64,000 nt of DNA, from the IMG/VR virus record IMGVR_UViG_3300031417_000380, one strand, 5' to 3'. Position 1 is the stretch's first letter; each line of letters opens with the position of its first letter. The notes under the pieces were generated by a model that did no database searches, was not told where the DNA came from, and saw only the letters and a list, made by a program, of their open reading frames with translations. Of the stretch, positions 28,554-38,699 are shown piece after piece. The position numbers and the translations under genes were made by a program. This DNA comes from a virus.

Positions 28554-28759
28554 AGTAACATGGTATCACACGAATACTGTCGCAGGTTAGGCTGTAGCTG
28601 ACAGTCTAAGCCCCCGACGCTTATTCTCACACAACGTGACGCACTGCGGGCTACTTACTGTAGTTCAGCTGTCTGCGGTCTTTTACTAGGATATAAGCGC
28701 CGTCATTGATTACTCCCATGTGAGTAAACTGAGCATCAGAGATTTTCTGCTTAACGCAC

Positions 28760-28930
28760 TCATACATCATCTTGCTTAGCGCGTAGCTCTTTTCGAGCAA
28801 CCCGGCGTTGACGCCACCAGCGAAACTCATCCACCGGCATCATAGCGAGCTGGCCGATGACAAAGCCACAAAGCTGAAAGAAATCCCACGGCCGGGAGGC
28901 GTCGGGCTGCCAGCGATCGAGCTTACTCAT
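28760..28930 (-). CDS. Small 56-aa ORF not in the ORF track
   Basis: Starts overlapping the upstream stop; MSKLDRWQPDASRPWDFFQLCGFVIGQLAMMPVDEFRWWRQRRVARKELRAKQDDV. Confidence 0.45.
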   Translation of the reverse strand: MSKLDRWQPDASRPWDFFQLCGFVIGQLAMMPVDEFRWWRQRRVARKELRAKQDDV

Positions 28931-29579
28931 CGATCTCGCCGTTCACAAGCTCGTAGACGAGGGTTCCAACGGTTAGCTGTTCAAACACTGCAGAGCAGCG
29001 CTCTAGAGCACTCCGCTGCTGAGCATCGGTCTGAACCAAGAAGTAGAGAACGTCGTTGTCAACCGCGTCATTAACGCTAGCGATGTACAGTTCAAGCGCG
29101 GAGCGCGTAGGTCGTCTTAGATACCTGTCGCGTGCAGTGATGCTCGCCTGATACGCTTTAGGATCAATCTCTAAGAGCAACTGGTGATGCTCGTCTAGGA
29201 GGCCGGCGTAGCGGTCGTAGCGAGCGAGATCCAATGTGAAATCCTTGATCAGCTTTCGAGCAGCTGAAAGCTTAGCGGAGATGAACACACTATCCATTGC
29301 GTTGTTAACAGTTTCAGCATATTGGACTCCCAGAGTAAGACCAAGCTCGAGCTCTTTCACGACAAAGTCACGATGGCTGATTAGCCAGGAGAGGCTAGCC
29401 GGTCGGTGTTGCGCCGCCATGCCCCAGGTAGCTTGATAGGCATTAGCGAACATCATCGGCCAGTTTTTCCGAGTCTCTAAATCAGTGACGCTGCTGTGAC
29501 GTAGTATCTGACGATAAGCCGCGTTGAGTTGCTCGAAGATCTGCTCAAGGAGATCCTCAGTTGAGGACAGCGAGCTCAT
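28923..29579 (-). CDS. Family A paralog (short subgroup)
   Basis: GLLDEHHQ ... TARDRYLRRPTRSALELYI. Confidence 0.83.
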   Translation of the reverse strand: MSSLSSTEDLLEQIFEQLNAAYRQILRHSSVTDLETRKNWPMMFANAYQATWGMAAQHRPASLSWLISHRDFVVKELELGLTLGVQYAETVNNAMDSVFISAKLSAARKLIKDFTLDLARYDRYAGLLDEHHQLLLEIDPKAYQASITARDRYLRRPTRSALELYIASVNDAVDNDVLYFLVQTDAQQRSALERCSAVFEQLTVGTLVYELVNGEIDE

Positions 29580-29639
29580 CCTGCGGCCTCTCGGCAAGTT
29601 AGTGGAAGTTGAAAAGTCATAGTATCAAGTTGATTGTGT

Positions 29640-30299
29640 TCAGTCAGAAGTTATAAACTCAGCTTCGAGTAAAGCAACTTCAAGCCGATCCAGACTGGAT
29701 TCAAGCTCGGAGATAGTAGCACCGGACGGCCTAGGCCCTCGGGATGTGGTCTTACACTGCTGTAGATGTTCATGTGCCACAACGAGGTAGTGCTCAAAGT
29801 AGACTTGTGTCTTACGTTCGATACAAAGATTGCGGCTTTTTCTTAACTGATGAATCTGTATTTTGTTCTTAGCTGCTAGCTGAAAATGCTGATCCATAGT
29901 CAAGGTCAACTTGCTAAGCTGCCCTAATGATTCATCCAGAGCGCGGGTAAAAGTCTCCGCATCTTCAACAAAACCTTCAATAGCCAGGGTGTCAGCGTCG
30001 TTGACAGCTGTAGCTGCACAGACTTTGGCAGCTCGTATAGCTTCAGCAAGTCGAAGCATGAGCGAGCTTCGTACGGAGAGAAGCCAGCTCAAATCCTTGT
30101 GCACTGGCCGAGCCCAGAAGTCTCCGTAGGCTAAATTAAGAGCATGATCCCAGTCTTCAACGCCGACGAGAGTGTCTGGATAGATCGTAGCCACCGCAAT
30201 CGCGTTGTCGATCTCAAACAGCTTGTCGAACACGGCCTCGAAAAGTTCAGTAGGATACGGCGGTAAGAATCGCGTTTTCGTGTCACTATGAGCGCTCAT
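29640..30299 (-). CDS. Family A paralog (short subgroup)
   Basis: LTMDQHFQ ... KSRNLCIERKTQVYFEHYL ... LDRLEVALL. Confidence 0.83.
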   Translation of the reverse strand: MSAHSDTKTRFLPPYPTELFEAVFDKLFEIDNAIAVATIYPDTLVGVEDWDHALNLAYGDFWARPVHKDLSWLLSVRSSLMLRLAEAIRAAKVCAATAVNDADTLAIEGFVEDAETFTRALDESLGQLSKLTLTMDQHFQLAAKNKIQIHQLRKSRNLCIERKTQVYFEHYLVVAHEHLQQCKTTSRGPRPSGATISELESSLDRLEVALLEAEFITSD

Positions 30300-30346
30300 C
30301 GATACTCCAGCAGTTCTCGCTGCAAACGATCCCCAGCTTAAGCCAC

Positions 30347-30979
30347 CTACTCATCCGTTACTTCGCTTACCATAAGCTGCACCTCGAGTGTGTTAAGGAT
30401 ACTGCGGAGCTTGGGGATATCTCGAACAGTAGGAAGCTTCTTATGAGCCTGACTTTCTACGTAGTCAAGATGCCGATTAGCCCAAGCTAGGTACTCCTGA
30501 AAGAGCTCATTCGTCGGCTCATTAATGCACCTTGGGTGTAACGCTCGCAGGTGTTCGAGCTCCTCGCCGTAGTTATGATCCGCCCAGTAGAAGTGAGCAT
30601 CGACAAGGATTGACTCTGGGCGTACCACTGCGAGACACGAGGTAAACTGCTGCATAGCGGCTTCAGCATCAGCGACTAGCTCCTTAAGACCTTGTCGCTG
30701 CGTCTCGTTTTTAGAGCTCTTCGCACACTGAAAGCCGAGCTGAATCAGCCTGGAGTAAAGATCAGACACAGCCTTCTGATGTTTCATCAAGCGACCCAAA
30801 GGTGCCCCGATACTTAGGCCGTTGATGCTAAGGTAATCGTCAGCTTTCTCGAACGCTTCACGCCAGTCATCAGCACCGGCAATGCTGTTGGAAGCGTTAG
30901 CCCAAGCGAACGCACTCTCTACGGAGCAAAGATTGACGTAGACCTCATTGAAAAGGTGAAGCGGCTTTACGTCGGACAA
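30347..30979 (-). CDS. Family A paralog (short subgroup)
   Basis: ILVDAHFY ... CINEPTNELFQEYL ... LNTLEVQLM; AAAGGAG RBS. Confidence 0.83.
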   Translation of the reverse strand: MSDVKPLHLFNEVYVNLCSVESAFAWANASNSIAGADDWREAFEKADDYLSINGLSIGAPLGRLMKHQKAVSDLYSRLIQLGFQCAKSSKNETQRQGLKELVADAEAAMQQFTSCLAVVRPESILVDAHFYWADHNYGEELEHLRALHPRCINEPTNELFQEYLAWANRHLDYVESQAHKKLPTVRDIPKLRSILNTLEVQLMVSEVTDE

Positions 30980-31196
30980 CAGCCGCTCCTTTCATGGAAA
31001 TTCTACTTGGGACTTGTTCAATGGTATCACACGACGATCCGGACAGTCGAACGGTTTTATCTGCGCTCTAACGGCGTGAACCTAGCCTACCGCAAGGTTG
31101 CATATGAGCAGCATGAGCTACCGTAAGACAGCTGCTCACCGCTAGTCACCGTAGCTCCTTGCAGCACCGAACTTCGGTTTACACGATGATCGGCTT

Positions 31197-31250
31197 GCGC
31201 TCTCACTCTTCACCGCCGAGCACAGGACTTCATGCTCGGCGGTGAAGAGT
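31197..31250 (-). terminator. Cassette hairpin with purine-rich tail (minus strand)
   Basis: 18-bp stem ACTCTTCACCGCCGAGCA; minus-strand tail GAAGAGTGAGAGC identical to the one at 1371. Confidence 0.65.
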
Positions 31251-31255
31251 AGAGT

Positions 31256-31552
31256 TTAGACAGAGACGGTACTCAGCCAATGATCGATGCCGCGGAGAGA
31301 GGCGTTGCGCTCGAACTCAGCGCGCACGATACCGATGGGCAGGTCCGTAGCGTAGTAGTAGTCAACCAAGGGAACGTTGGTGTCGTACTCGTAGCGGTCG
31401 AAGTAGCAGTCGAAGGTCTCAGTGATGAGCTCGTCCAGCTGCTTACGCCGCGGGTCTGCGTCGCCGATGAACACGTACTCGTCTTCGAACTGGTAACCCT
31501 CCTTCTTGATGCCGGGGATCGAGAGGGTCACGCAGATGAGTGTCGTTGTCAT
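31256..31552 (-). CDS. Small acidic hypothetical protein
   Basis: TACGTT 6 nt before ATG; GC3-rich codons. Confidence 0.78.
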   Translation of the reverse strand: MTTTLICVTLSIPGIKKEGYQFEDEYVFIGDADPRRKQLDELITETFDCYFDRYEYDTNVPLVDYYYATDLPIGIVRAEFERNASLRGIDHWLSTVSV

Positions 31553-31591
31553 GAGCTAAACGTATCACAGGCAAAGCGTCGAGCTTACGAC

Positions 31592-31807
31592 TCACGTAAA
31601 GTGGTAAAAACCGCCGTCTTCGCTCGTAGCCCAGCCAAGAGACTCAAGCTCAGCAAGGTGCTCTGACGGAACAGCTTCCGAAGCGGGTCCAGCGTAGATC
31701 ACGTCGTGCTCAGCGGAAACGTGACCGTTGGGCTCGTACTCGCTGAAGATCTCGAGAGCGCGAATGAGTCGCTGGTAGTACGGGAGAGGAGAATCGAGGA
31801 AAGCCAT
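31592..31807 (-). CDS. Small phage-type hypothetical protein
   Basis: ALEIFSEY...AEHDVIY...ELESLGW pattern; AAAGG RBS. Confidence 0.75.
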   Translation of the reverse strand: MAFLDSPLPYYQRLIRALEIFSEYEPNGHVSAEHDVIYAGPASEAVPSEHLAELESLGWATSEDGGFYHFT

Positions 31808-31848
31808 GAGATAGCCTTTTGTAAGGGTTCTAGAGTGTGATTACTGGA

Positions 31849-32583
31849 TTATGCTTTGAGAGTCTCACCGACGAGCTCATCGCGGATGAGATCGGTGAGT
31901 AAGAGGTCAGCAAGCTGAGCTTGCTCAGGGTGATAGATGTAGACCTCCGAGTAGCTGCTTACGCGAAGCTCAATGCGCGGGACCGAAGCCTCGTCAAGGT
32001 ACTGGTTGAGTGTATCTAGCTTCGAGTTACGGAAGTACTCGTCACGGAGTAGAGCCATCCGATCGTAGGCTAGCTTCTTAGCAACGAAGCCGAAATGTTC
32101 TTCCTCCGGGAGCCAGCGGGTCATAGGCTTGAGCTCATGAACAGACCAGATCGTTTCAAAGTGTCGCTGCATGGTGAGGTGTGTATGAGTGAGCTGTCGA
32201 GCTGAGGTCGATAGCGCAGCGATCTCCTCCGTCGTCACATCGGCGTCGTAGATGAGCTCTTTACTCTCAGGAGCGAAGCCGTTCTCGTAGGCGAAGTCAA
32301 CGAACTCGATGAGCTGTTGATTCAGTCTCACCAGGCCGTCCATCTGCGCTTTATACCTGGCCACAAACTCCTCAGTCGGGCTTGCGCCGGGATTGATAGC
32401 GATTGAGTGGCTGCGAACCGTATCGACGATAGCCTTAAGCTCGTCTCTAGCCTCGGGATGTTCGTCGAGAAAACGCCAGTAAAGCTGCGACCGATCCTCT
32501 CGGAGAACGCCGTAAAGCTTAGTGAGCTGATCGCAGAGCTCGTGGAAGCGCACTACCAGCTCCGGAGTCGTTTCACCGGACAT
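31849..32583 (-). CDS. Family A paralog (LIRDEL subgroup)
   Basis: THTHLTMQRHF ... LRDEYFRNS ... DLIRDELV. Confidence 0.87.
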   Translation of the reverse strand: MSGETTPELVVRFHELCDQLTKLYGVLREDRSQLYWRFLDEHPEARDELKAIVDTVRSHSIAINPGASPTEEFVARYKAQMDGLVRLNQQLIEFVDFAYENGFAPESKELIYDADVTTEEIAALSTSARQLTHTHLTMQRHFETIWSVHELKPMTRWLPEEEHFGFVAKKLAYDRMALLRDEYFRNSKLDTLNQYLDEASVPRIELRVSSYSEVYIYHPEQAQLADLLLTDLIRDELVGETLKA

Positions 32584-33319
32584 CGGATTCCGCCTCTCCT
32601 TGCTCCAGAACATAGGTCAAAAGCTCATCGCGGATGAGCTCATCGAACACTACATCATCCCTTCGATCAAACGCCTCCACTTGTGGTGTTACGCCATCTC
32701 GATATCTTGAGACGGCAAACTCGTCGATCTGCTTCGACTTCTCTTCAGCTTTGAGCATATACGCTCGAAGGTTCTCAGCGGTAGGGCGATTGAAGTAGTC
32801 GTCGCGAGCTGCTTTCAGCACATAATTGCTGCGCACCCGAAGCTCAGTGTAGCCGTAAAGAGTCTTCGTGTGATGCTGAATGCGCGCAGCCACCGCCTCA
32901 AGATGCTTCTGCATCGTCATATGCGTACTCGTGAGCTGTCGAACGGCCCGACGGAGGTCGTTGAGCTCCAGGCTAACAAGATTTGCATCATGCGAAAAGA
33001 GCTGTGAATCTGCAGCGAAGCCGGCCTCTCGCGCGAAGGCTACTGCTTCCGTAAGAAGTTTGTTAAAGCGCTCGAGTATCAAGATAGCGTGCTCACGCCT
33101 CTCGAAGAACTCATCGAATGGACGATCTGCCATGATGATTGCTGAACGAACAGTGTAGGTTTCAGCGATTACGTGGGTTAGATCTCCGATGAGTATGAGC
33201 TTTTCAGCTTTAAGGCTCCTATGCATCGTATCAGGCGTGAAAAAGCTCCCCAGTTCGTTGAGTTCGAACGAAAGCTCAATGTATCTTCGGGCCATGTACG
33301 GTGCGATCTCAAGCCCCAT
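32573..33319 (-). CDS. Family A paralog (LIRDEL subgroup)
   Basis: TSTHMTMQKHL ... AARDDYFNRPTAENLRAYM ... ELIRDELL. Confidence 0.87.
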   Translation of the reverse strand: MGLEIAPYMARRYIELSFELNELGSFFTPDTMHRSLKAEKLILIGDLTHVIAETYTVRSAIIMADRPFDEFFERREHAILILERFNKLLTEAVAFAREAGFAADSQLFSHDANLVSLELNDLRRAVRQLTSTHMTMQKHLEAVAARIQHHTKTLYGYTELRVRSNYVLKAARDDYFNRPTAENLRAYMLKAEEKSKQIDEFAVSRYRDGVTPQVEAFDRRDDVVFDELIRDELLTYVLEQGEAESDVR

Positions 33320-34049
33320 GAGGCAGCTCCTCACAGTCGTTGAGCACAGACACCATGAGTTCATCGCGGATCAGCTCGCTGAGTAGAGTATCAGCGAGAG
33401 CGCTTTGCTCAGGGCTAAGCTTCGGTGCCCCGCCTATGCTGAAATCCCAGGCGTAGTCGTAGTTGACTCCAGCCTCAGCGAGCATGACGTATCGGCTTAT
33501 GTCCGTTGTAGTCGACTCCTGGAAATACTCGTCTCTCACCGCAGCTAGCTTCTCAAACGTCTTACGCTTCAAGATACGCTTATCGAAAGAATCAGCAGTG
33601 GGCGATGAGTCAAAGAGTATCGAAAAGTGACGCTGCATAGTGAGGTGTGTTGAGTTGAGATTTCGAGCGACAGCTTGCAGTCTATCGAGCTCTTGCCCAA
33701 TCCAAACACCGTCGTAGCTGATGTCTTGACGCTTTAGCGCCCAATCGCGCTCTTCAGCAAAGTCGATCACCGTTGTCATGTTCCGGTTGAACCGCTGAGC
33801 AGTAGCCAGGAAGCGCTCGTGGCCTCGCATGAACACAGCCATGAGCTCATCAGCGCTGTCGAGCTCCGCTACGTGACTTCGAAGCGCTACCGCATCGTGA
33901 CTAAGCTGAACCGCGACCTTCGGCGCGTTCTCACTGAACGATTCGAGCAGCTCCTTCTCCACGTTGACCAGGATTAGGTACAGTCCATCGAACGTGTTGC
34001 AAAGCTCTCGCGTGCGCTGCACAACGTACGGCGCGTACTCACTCAACAT
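33309..34049 (-). CDS. Family A paralog (LIRDEL subgroup)
   Basis: NSTHLTMQRHF ... AVRDEYFQES ... ELIRDELM. Confidence 0.87.
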   Translation of the reverse strand: MLSEYAPYVVQRTRELCNTFDGLYLILVNVEKELLESFSENAPKVAVQLSHDAVALRSHVAELDSADELMAVFMRGHERFLATAQRFNRNMTTVIDFAEERDWALKRQDISYDGVWIGQELDRLQAVARNLNSTHLTMQRHFSILFDSSPTADSFDKRILKRKTFEKLAAVRDEYFQESTTTDISRYVMLAEAGVNYDYAWDFSIGGAPKLSPEQSALADTLLSELIRDELMVSVLNDCEELPHGA

Positions 34050-34797
34050 GAGACAGCTCCTCGCGGTCTTGAAGCAAGTCTACCATAAGCTCATCGCAGA
34101 TTAAGTCTTCGAGCAGAGCTTTAGCTTTGTCCCGCAATTCCGGGCTATGGACAATACGATCGCTACTTTGAGCTAGAGCCTCAATAGGGTTTGGCTTCTC
34201 AGAAAGCTCCTGTGCAACAGAGATATACCGCCGCAGGTTCTCATCGGACGATGTCTCGAAGTATGCATTGCGAGCAGCGAAGAGATCAGCGTAAAAGCTT
34301 TCGCTAAGGATCAGGAATTCGCGCCAACCATAGAACTCCTCGAGGTATTCGTCAGTGACGGCACAAGTGTGGTTATGCATGGTCGCGTGAGTCTTACCGA
34401 GCTGGTTGACTGCGACCTCGAGCCTTTCAACCTCTTGCCTCGTAGCCACCACTGTATCGTTCGACTTGAGAAATACTCGGTCAACAGCTTCACCGTGAAC
34501 CCGAGTAAAATCAACCATCTTCTCGAGCAAAGATAGAGCTTCTTGAAGCTCGGAAATCGCCGTTGTACGATGAGCTACAAACACTCCTACGGCGTTAGCA
34601 CTACGGGAAACATCGTAAGCTCGCTGATCCAGTTCACCTTTGATCGAGCCTAGACGCTTAGCCTCATCTGGATAGAGTTCACTAAACTTCTTCAGACCTC
34701 CGGGACCGTCGCGCCACATGCGGTTCAGAGCCACTACAACGTCTGTAGCGATCTCTCGATAGCGAATGAGAGGCTCTGGCATGTCTCCGAAACGCAT
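34039..34797 (-). CDS. Family A paralog
   Basis: KTHATMHNHT ... AARNAYFETSSDENLRRYI ... DLICDELM; TAAGAT 6 nt before ATG. Confidence 0.87.
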   Translation of the reverse strand: MRFGDMPEPLIRYREIATDVVVALNRMWRDGPGGLKKFSELYPDEAKRLGSIKGELDQRAYDVSRSANAVGVFVAHRTTAISELQEALSLLEKMVDFTRVHGEAVDRVFLKSNDTVVATRQEVERLEVAVNQLGKTHATMHNHTCAVTDEYLEEFYGWREFLILSESFYADLFAARNAYFETSSDENLRRYISVAQELSEKPNPIEALAQSSDRIVHSPELRDKAKALLEDLICDELMVDLLQDREELSHVE

Positions 34798-34857
34798 AGC
34801 GTGATCTTACACGATGGATCAAACTAGCGCAACGAGGCGAACGGATAGAATGAATCG

Positions 34858-35589
34858 CTACGCTAGAATCTCGTCGAGGAGCTCTTTCGTCACGAGCCGA
34901 TCGAACAGCTGGTCAGCTAGCTCTCGTGACTTGGGTGCGTACCCAACGGCCTTGCTACCACTCATCCACAGCTCTCTCAACGGCTGGGAATTCTGGCCAA
35001 CGGTAATCACCGCGTCTATGTAGCTCTTCAGCCCTTCGTTCGAATCTTCTAGTAGATAAGCGTTACGAGCTTCGAGCACACCGGCGAAGTGCGTGTCTTG
35101 AATCGACTCGAGCTCGACCCTAAGCTGATCATCGTAGAGAGCTGTTATCTCGTACTCGTTGATGAGTGCTGCAGCGTGGGCAGCCACGATAGCCATCGAT
35201 GGGCTCACCGCTGTCTTTAGTCGAGCGTAAGTGGCCTCGAGTTCGGCCTGTGGAACAACCACAGCTTCAACAAGCTCAGGAGAGGCGCCGTACTCTTCAG
35301 CAAAAGCTTTCAGATCAGTGTTAAGCTTTACTAGAAGGCCGACGCCTGAAACAAGACCGTCGTAGGCCTGTGCAAAACTGCCGATCGAATCGTGCCACCC
35401 GACGATCCCCTGCATGGTTCGCCAAAACACGGAGACGTGCCACGACAGCCCCGACCTCTCCGCTGAACTATCACGGAACGCCTCAGCAAGACTCCTATGC
35501 CCCTGCCAAAGGGCCGCCAAGCGGCGGTCAAAGTCTACAGAAAGCTGGTGCTGTTCGTTTAAGATCCCGTGCAGCGTCTTCTCACTCAA
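34858..35589 (-). CDS. Family A paralog
   Basis: MAIVAAHA ... EARNAYLLEDSNEGLKSYI ... RLVTKELL; GAGGGG RBS before TTG. Confidence 0.83.
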   Translation of the reverse strand: MSEKTLHGILNEQHQLSVDFDRRLAALWQGHRSLAEAFRDSSAERSGLSWHVSVFWRTMQGIVGWHDSIGSFAQAYDGLVSGVGLLVKLNTDLKAFAEEYGASPELVEAVVVPQAELEATYARLKTAVSPSMAIVAAHAAALINEYEITALYDDQLRVELESIQDTHFAGVLEARNAYLLEDSNEGLKSYIDAVITVGQNSQPLRELWMSGSKAVGYAPKSRELADQLFDRLVTKELLDEILA

Positions 35590-35704
35590 CGTACTTCCCC
35601 TCGCTCGTGAGCTCAACTATCAGGTCAGTCGCCACTAACTTCTCAACTCAAGAAGAGTTCGGAACGCGCGAGCGGTGAAAAGTAATACATATAATTTAAC
35701 ATTA

Positions 35705-36472
35705 TTAATGTTGCACACCTAATTCGGGTTGGTCCAACAGCAGCGGGCTCATGAGTTCCGCGGTCGTAAGCTCATCCAAGAGTGAGGCAGTCTGCTCACG
35801 GAGAGCTGGGCTCAGTCTGATCATGGTGGCAAACGCCGGATCGCCGAGAAGTGGGTGCTCGGACGCTTGGATCTCTCGAGCTGTAGAGATGTACTCAGTC
35901 AAAAGCTTAAGCGTCGGCTGCTCAAAGTACGCTGCGTGAATCGGGGAGAGTGAACTGTAGAACCATGCATTAGCCTTCGGATACTCTGTGACCTCGTAGG
36001 ACCCAGCCAGTGTAAAGTCGAAGTCGTGCTCTACCATGGAGTCTCTCAGATGTTGATCCATGAGCACGTGAGTCCTATCGAGCACCGCAAAGCATCTCCG
36101 CAGTTCTTCAAGCTGAGTAAGAGCTTTCTCCGGCGAGAACTCAAGCACCTCCACTAGCTCCCCGGCGTACTTCGGAGGTCCGTCTTTCGCCATGTTACTC
36201 AAAGCTGTCACGTAATGCTCAAGCTGTGAGAGTAGCTGATCTCTGTTGAGAAGTAGATAATCAACACGCGATGGTGCATCGATTACCTCGAAGTAATCGT
36301 ACTCAACCTTATGATCAGTGTTCCAAAGCTCATCGAAGAGACTCTCCTGAGCATCGGTGAACTCCTCGAGATCCGCGAACCTGCTCCCAGCGTGCTTCCG
36401 ATAGCGAGCTAGCTGTATCGACTCGACGAAGTCCCGATAACATACGATCGGTGGTGCCGCGGCAATGCTCAT
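35705..36472 (-). CDS. Family A paralog
   Basis: RTHVLMDQHL ... IHAAYFEQPTLKLLTEYI ... ELTTAELM. Confidence 0.87.
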   Translation of the reverse strand: MSIAAAPPIVCYRDFVESIQLARYRKHAGSRFADLEEFTDAQESLFDELWNTDHKVEYDYFEVIDAPSRVDYLLLNRDQLLSQLEHYVTALSNMAKDGPPKYAGELVEVLEFSPEKALTQLEELRRCFAVLDRTHVLMDQHLRDSMVEHDFDFTLAGSYEVTEYPKANAWFYSSLSPIHAAYFEQPTLKLLTEYISTAREIQASEHPLLGDPAFATMIRLSPALREQTASLLDELTTAELMSPLLLDQPELGVQH

Positions 36473-36488
36473 GGGCTCATCCTACCGA

Positions 36489-37208
36489 TCACAGCTCAAG
36501 TGTATTCATGAGAGAAACAGCGATCAACCGATTGAGAGCAGCCTCGGTGTGAGCAATCTCATCAGCGTTCGGCTGAAGGCTCTTCTCCATGGCGGGATCG
36601 ATGAGAGGCGATGCGGCGGAGTTCAGCGCTTCAGCTGCAGTGATGTAAATAGCCAGGCTCTCCTCTGACGGCGCAGTGAAGTACTCCTGCCAGGCAGCTC
36701 GAAGTGGACGGTAGAGCTCATCCGAAGCCATAGAGAAGACAGCCACAGAATCGCTGCCGTTCACATCTTGCAGATTGTGACGCTCAAGCCGATTAACCTC
36801 GGAAACAGCCTTGATGAAGTGCTCCTCCATCATCAGGTGTGTCTTGTTGAGGAGCGCTGTAGACGCGACAAACTTCTCAAGGTCTTCCTCAACAATAATC
36901 AGATCGCTCAACAGCCATTCGCTACCATCTCGACCCGCTCGAGTTTCAGGGAATAGCTCATGTTCAAGACAAGAGCGAATCGCCTTCGCCCAAGACGAGA
37001 GGACAGAGCTAAGTTCTCCGCCGTTACGCGCCAGCACTGCGGTGACGCTTTCGCCTTCCATCCAGTTCCAGTAGTCAGAGAGCTGACCGGTCGCGATGCT
37101 GCTCAACTCCGTGACCATCTTTAGCTGCTCATCGGAGACTCCTGCACGCGGAATCGGCGTTATGCCTCCGGTGTAGCGACCAGACAGAACCCCGAGATTC
37201 GCCATCAA
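36489..37208 (-). CDS. Family A paralog (homology extends upstream to ~37253)
   Basis: KTHLMMEEHF ... AWQEYFTAPSEESLAIYITAAE. Confidence 0.85.
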   Translation of the reverse strand: MMANLGVLSGRYTGGITPIPRAGVSDEQLKMVTELSSIATGQLSDYWNWMEGESVTAVLARNGGELSSVLSSWAKAIRSCLEHELFPETRAGRDGSEWLLSDLIIVEEDLEKFVASTALLNKTHLMMEEHFIKAVSEVNRLERHNLQDVNGSDSVAVFSMASDELYRPLRAAWQEYFTAPSEESLAIYITAAEALNSAASPLIDPAMEKSLQPNADEIAHTEAALNRLIAVSLMNTLEL

Positions 37209-37260
37209 CGCTTGGTGAAGCCGGTACTGAGGAGTTTCGATGCTATAGAGTATGATGAAC

Positions 37261-38010
37261 CTAACCGATCGACTCAGCTACGAGCGATTTAGCCATTAGC
37301 ACGTCCAGCAAGTTTTCGGTTCGAGCAACGGCATCGGCCGGAGGGCGTATCAACTCATCAATAGAAGGATCAACCAGGGGCGAACCGTCTATGTGAAGCG
37401 CCTGAGCAGCAGTGGTGTAACTTTCGAGCGTTGCCGCAGATGGCGAGCTAAAGTAGGCACGCCAAGTCGCATCGAGTTCGGAGTAAAGGGACTTCACGCC
37501 AGCAAGTGCCTTAGTCTGCTCATCGCTCAGTTTACCTACGCCTTCCCAAAACCCAAAGAATCTCGCCTCAGCGGTGGCAGATGTAAAGTGATCGGCCGCA
37601 GCGAGATGAACCGGGCTGAGTAAAGTCATCGATGTTCGAAGCTCGGCCAGGTCAAGCTCATCGCTGTTCAATCTCTGGAGCTTGTACGGGTTAAGCCTTC
37701 CCACTGAATGCTCAGTCTCCATGCACGAACGTAAAGCCGCTAACAGTTCTTCAAGCCCGGCGAGAAGCTCATCACCGTAGCGTATCAAGACTCGCGTGAC
37801 CGAAGTAGCGTCTTCCCGCTCCCAACGCTCGGCAAGTTGAGAGACTGCTTTGTCCTTAGCCTTCTGCAGCCGCTCAATCTGTAGCGGCGTCACCCCGTTC
37901 TGAATAGCCGTTGCTGAGGTAGCATCGACGTACCGATGAGCTCGCGTCTCCAACGCAAAGAGCACCGTGCTGTAAAGCCGGTGCTGGGGCGGCGTGGTTG
38001 AAGGCAACAT
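37261..38010 (-). CDS. Family A paralog
   Basis: SPVHLAAADHF ... TWRAYFSSPSAATLESYTTAA. Confidence 0.87.
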   Translation of the reverse strand: MLPSTTPPQHRLYSTVLFALETRAHRYVDATSATAIQNGVTPLQIERLQKAKDKAVSQLAERWEREDATSVTRVLIRYGDELLAGLEELLAALRSCMETEHSVGRLNPYKLQRLNSDELDLAELRTSMTLLSPVHLAAADHFTSATAEARFFGFWEGVGKLSDEQTKALAGVKSLYSELDATWRAYFSSPSAATLESYTTAAQALHIDGSPLVDPSIDELIRPPADAVARTENLLDVLMAKSLVAESIG

Positions 38011-38036
38011 CACATCATCGTAACACGAACAGGGCT

Positions 38037-38064
38037 TTGCATTCTAGAGACTTTCGTGTATCAT
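38037..38064 (+). promoter_or_regulatory. Cassette-type promoter, leaderless
   Basis: TTGCAT-16 bp-TATCAT, 7 nt before ATG 38072. Confidence 0.65.
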
Positions 38065-38071
38065 AATTCTC

Positions 38072-38428
38072 ATGGACATCGCCTCGACTCCCATCGTTGT
38101 TGCTGAATCGATCGACCTTGACGGTTACTCGTCGGAGCGTATCGATGACCTGGCGCTCTACGTCGAGAACCAGGGCGACAAGTTCCACCCCCTGAGTGAC
38201 CGCCTCGCCGTGATCCTCGAAGACGCGGAGCAGGCTGCTCAGGACGAGCTCACCTCGTACGAACCCACGCCTGACGAGGAGGATCCCGAGGCTGCTCACG
38301 CTGCAGAGGAGTTCCTTCGCCGCCTACTCGCGGAGATTGCAGCTTACGAAGCTGATCCTGCGGATGCCTACCACGGCTACCACATCGCACAGCTGCGTGA
38401 TCGGCTCACCGACGAGAACGACGACTAA
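38072..38428 (+). CDS. Very acidic small protein (possible DNA mimic, unproven)
   Basis: Strong D/E excess; GC3-rich codons. Confidence 0.8.
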   Translation: MDIASTPIVVAESIDLDGYSSERIDDLALYVENQGDKFHPLSDRLAVILEDAEQAAQDELTSYEPTPDEEDPEAAHAAEEFLRRLLAEIAAYEADPADAYHGYHIAQLRDRLTDENDD

Positions 38429-38475
38429 CCTCTTCAGACCTCACATCGCGCTCGACACTTACAGTAAGGCTCACC

Positions 38476-38658
38476 TTGGAATCCTACCGCCCGATCCTCG
38501 ACGCTCCAGCATGGGTGTCCACCCTCGTCATCATCCTGACCGCCGCCGCGCTCCTGACTCTCCTCGTGGTTTGGCTTGTAGCGTCCGTTCGGATTAACCG
38601 AAGCGTCGACCGGTCTCTCGAGCACCTGCGAGAAATCACCAAAAAGCACGGCTGTTAA
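38476..38658 (+). CDS. Small single-TM membrane protein
   Basis: One long hydrophobic helix then RSLEHLREITKKHGC. Confidence 0.6.
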   Translation: MESYRPILDAPAWVSTLVIILTAAALLTLLVVWLVASVRINRSVDRSLEHLREITKKHGC

Positions 38659-38699
38659 ACGAACAGCACACCGACACCCTAAGACATAGCATAGGACAC

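Noticed and set aside
35694-35719. dif/Xer site (ATTTAACATTA resembles the XerD arm)
   Set aside because: The best XerC-like arm is only 4 bp away rather than 6-8, and it overlaps the last codons of a gene.
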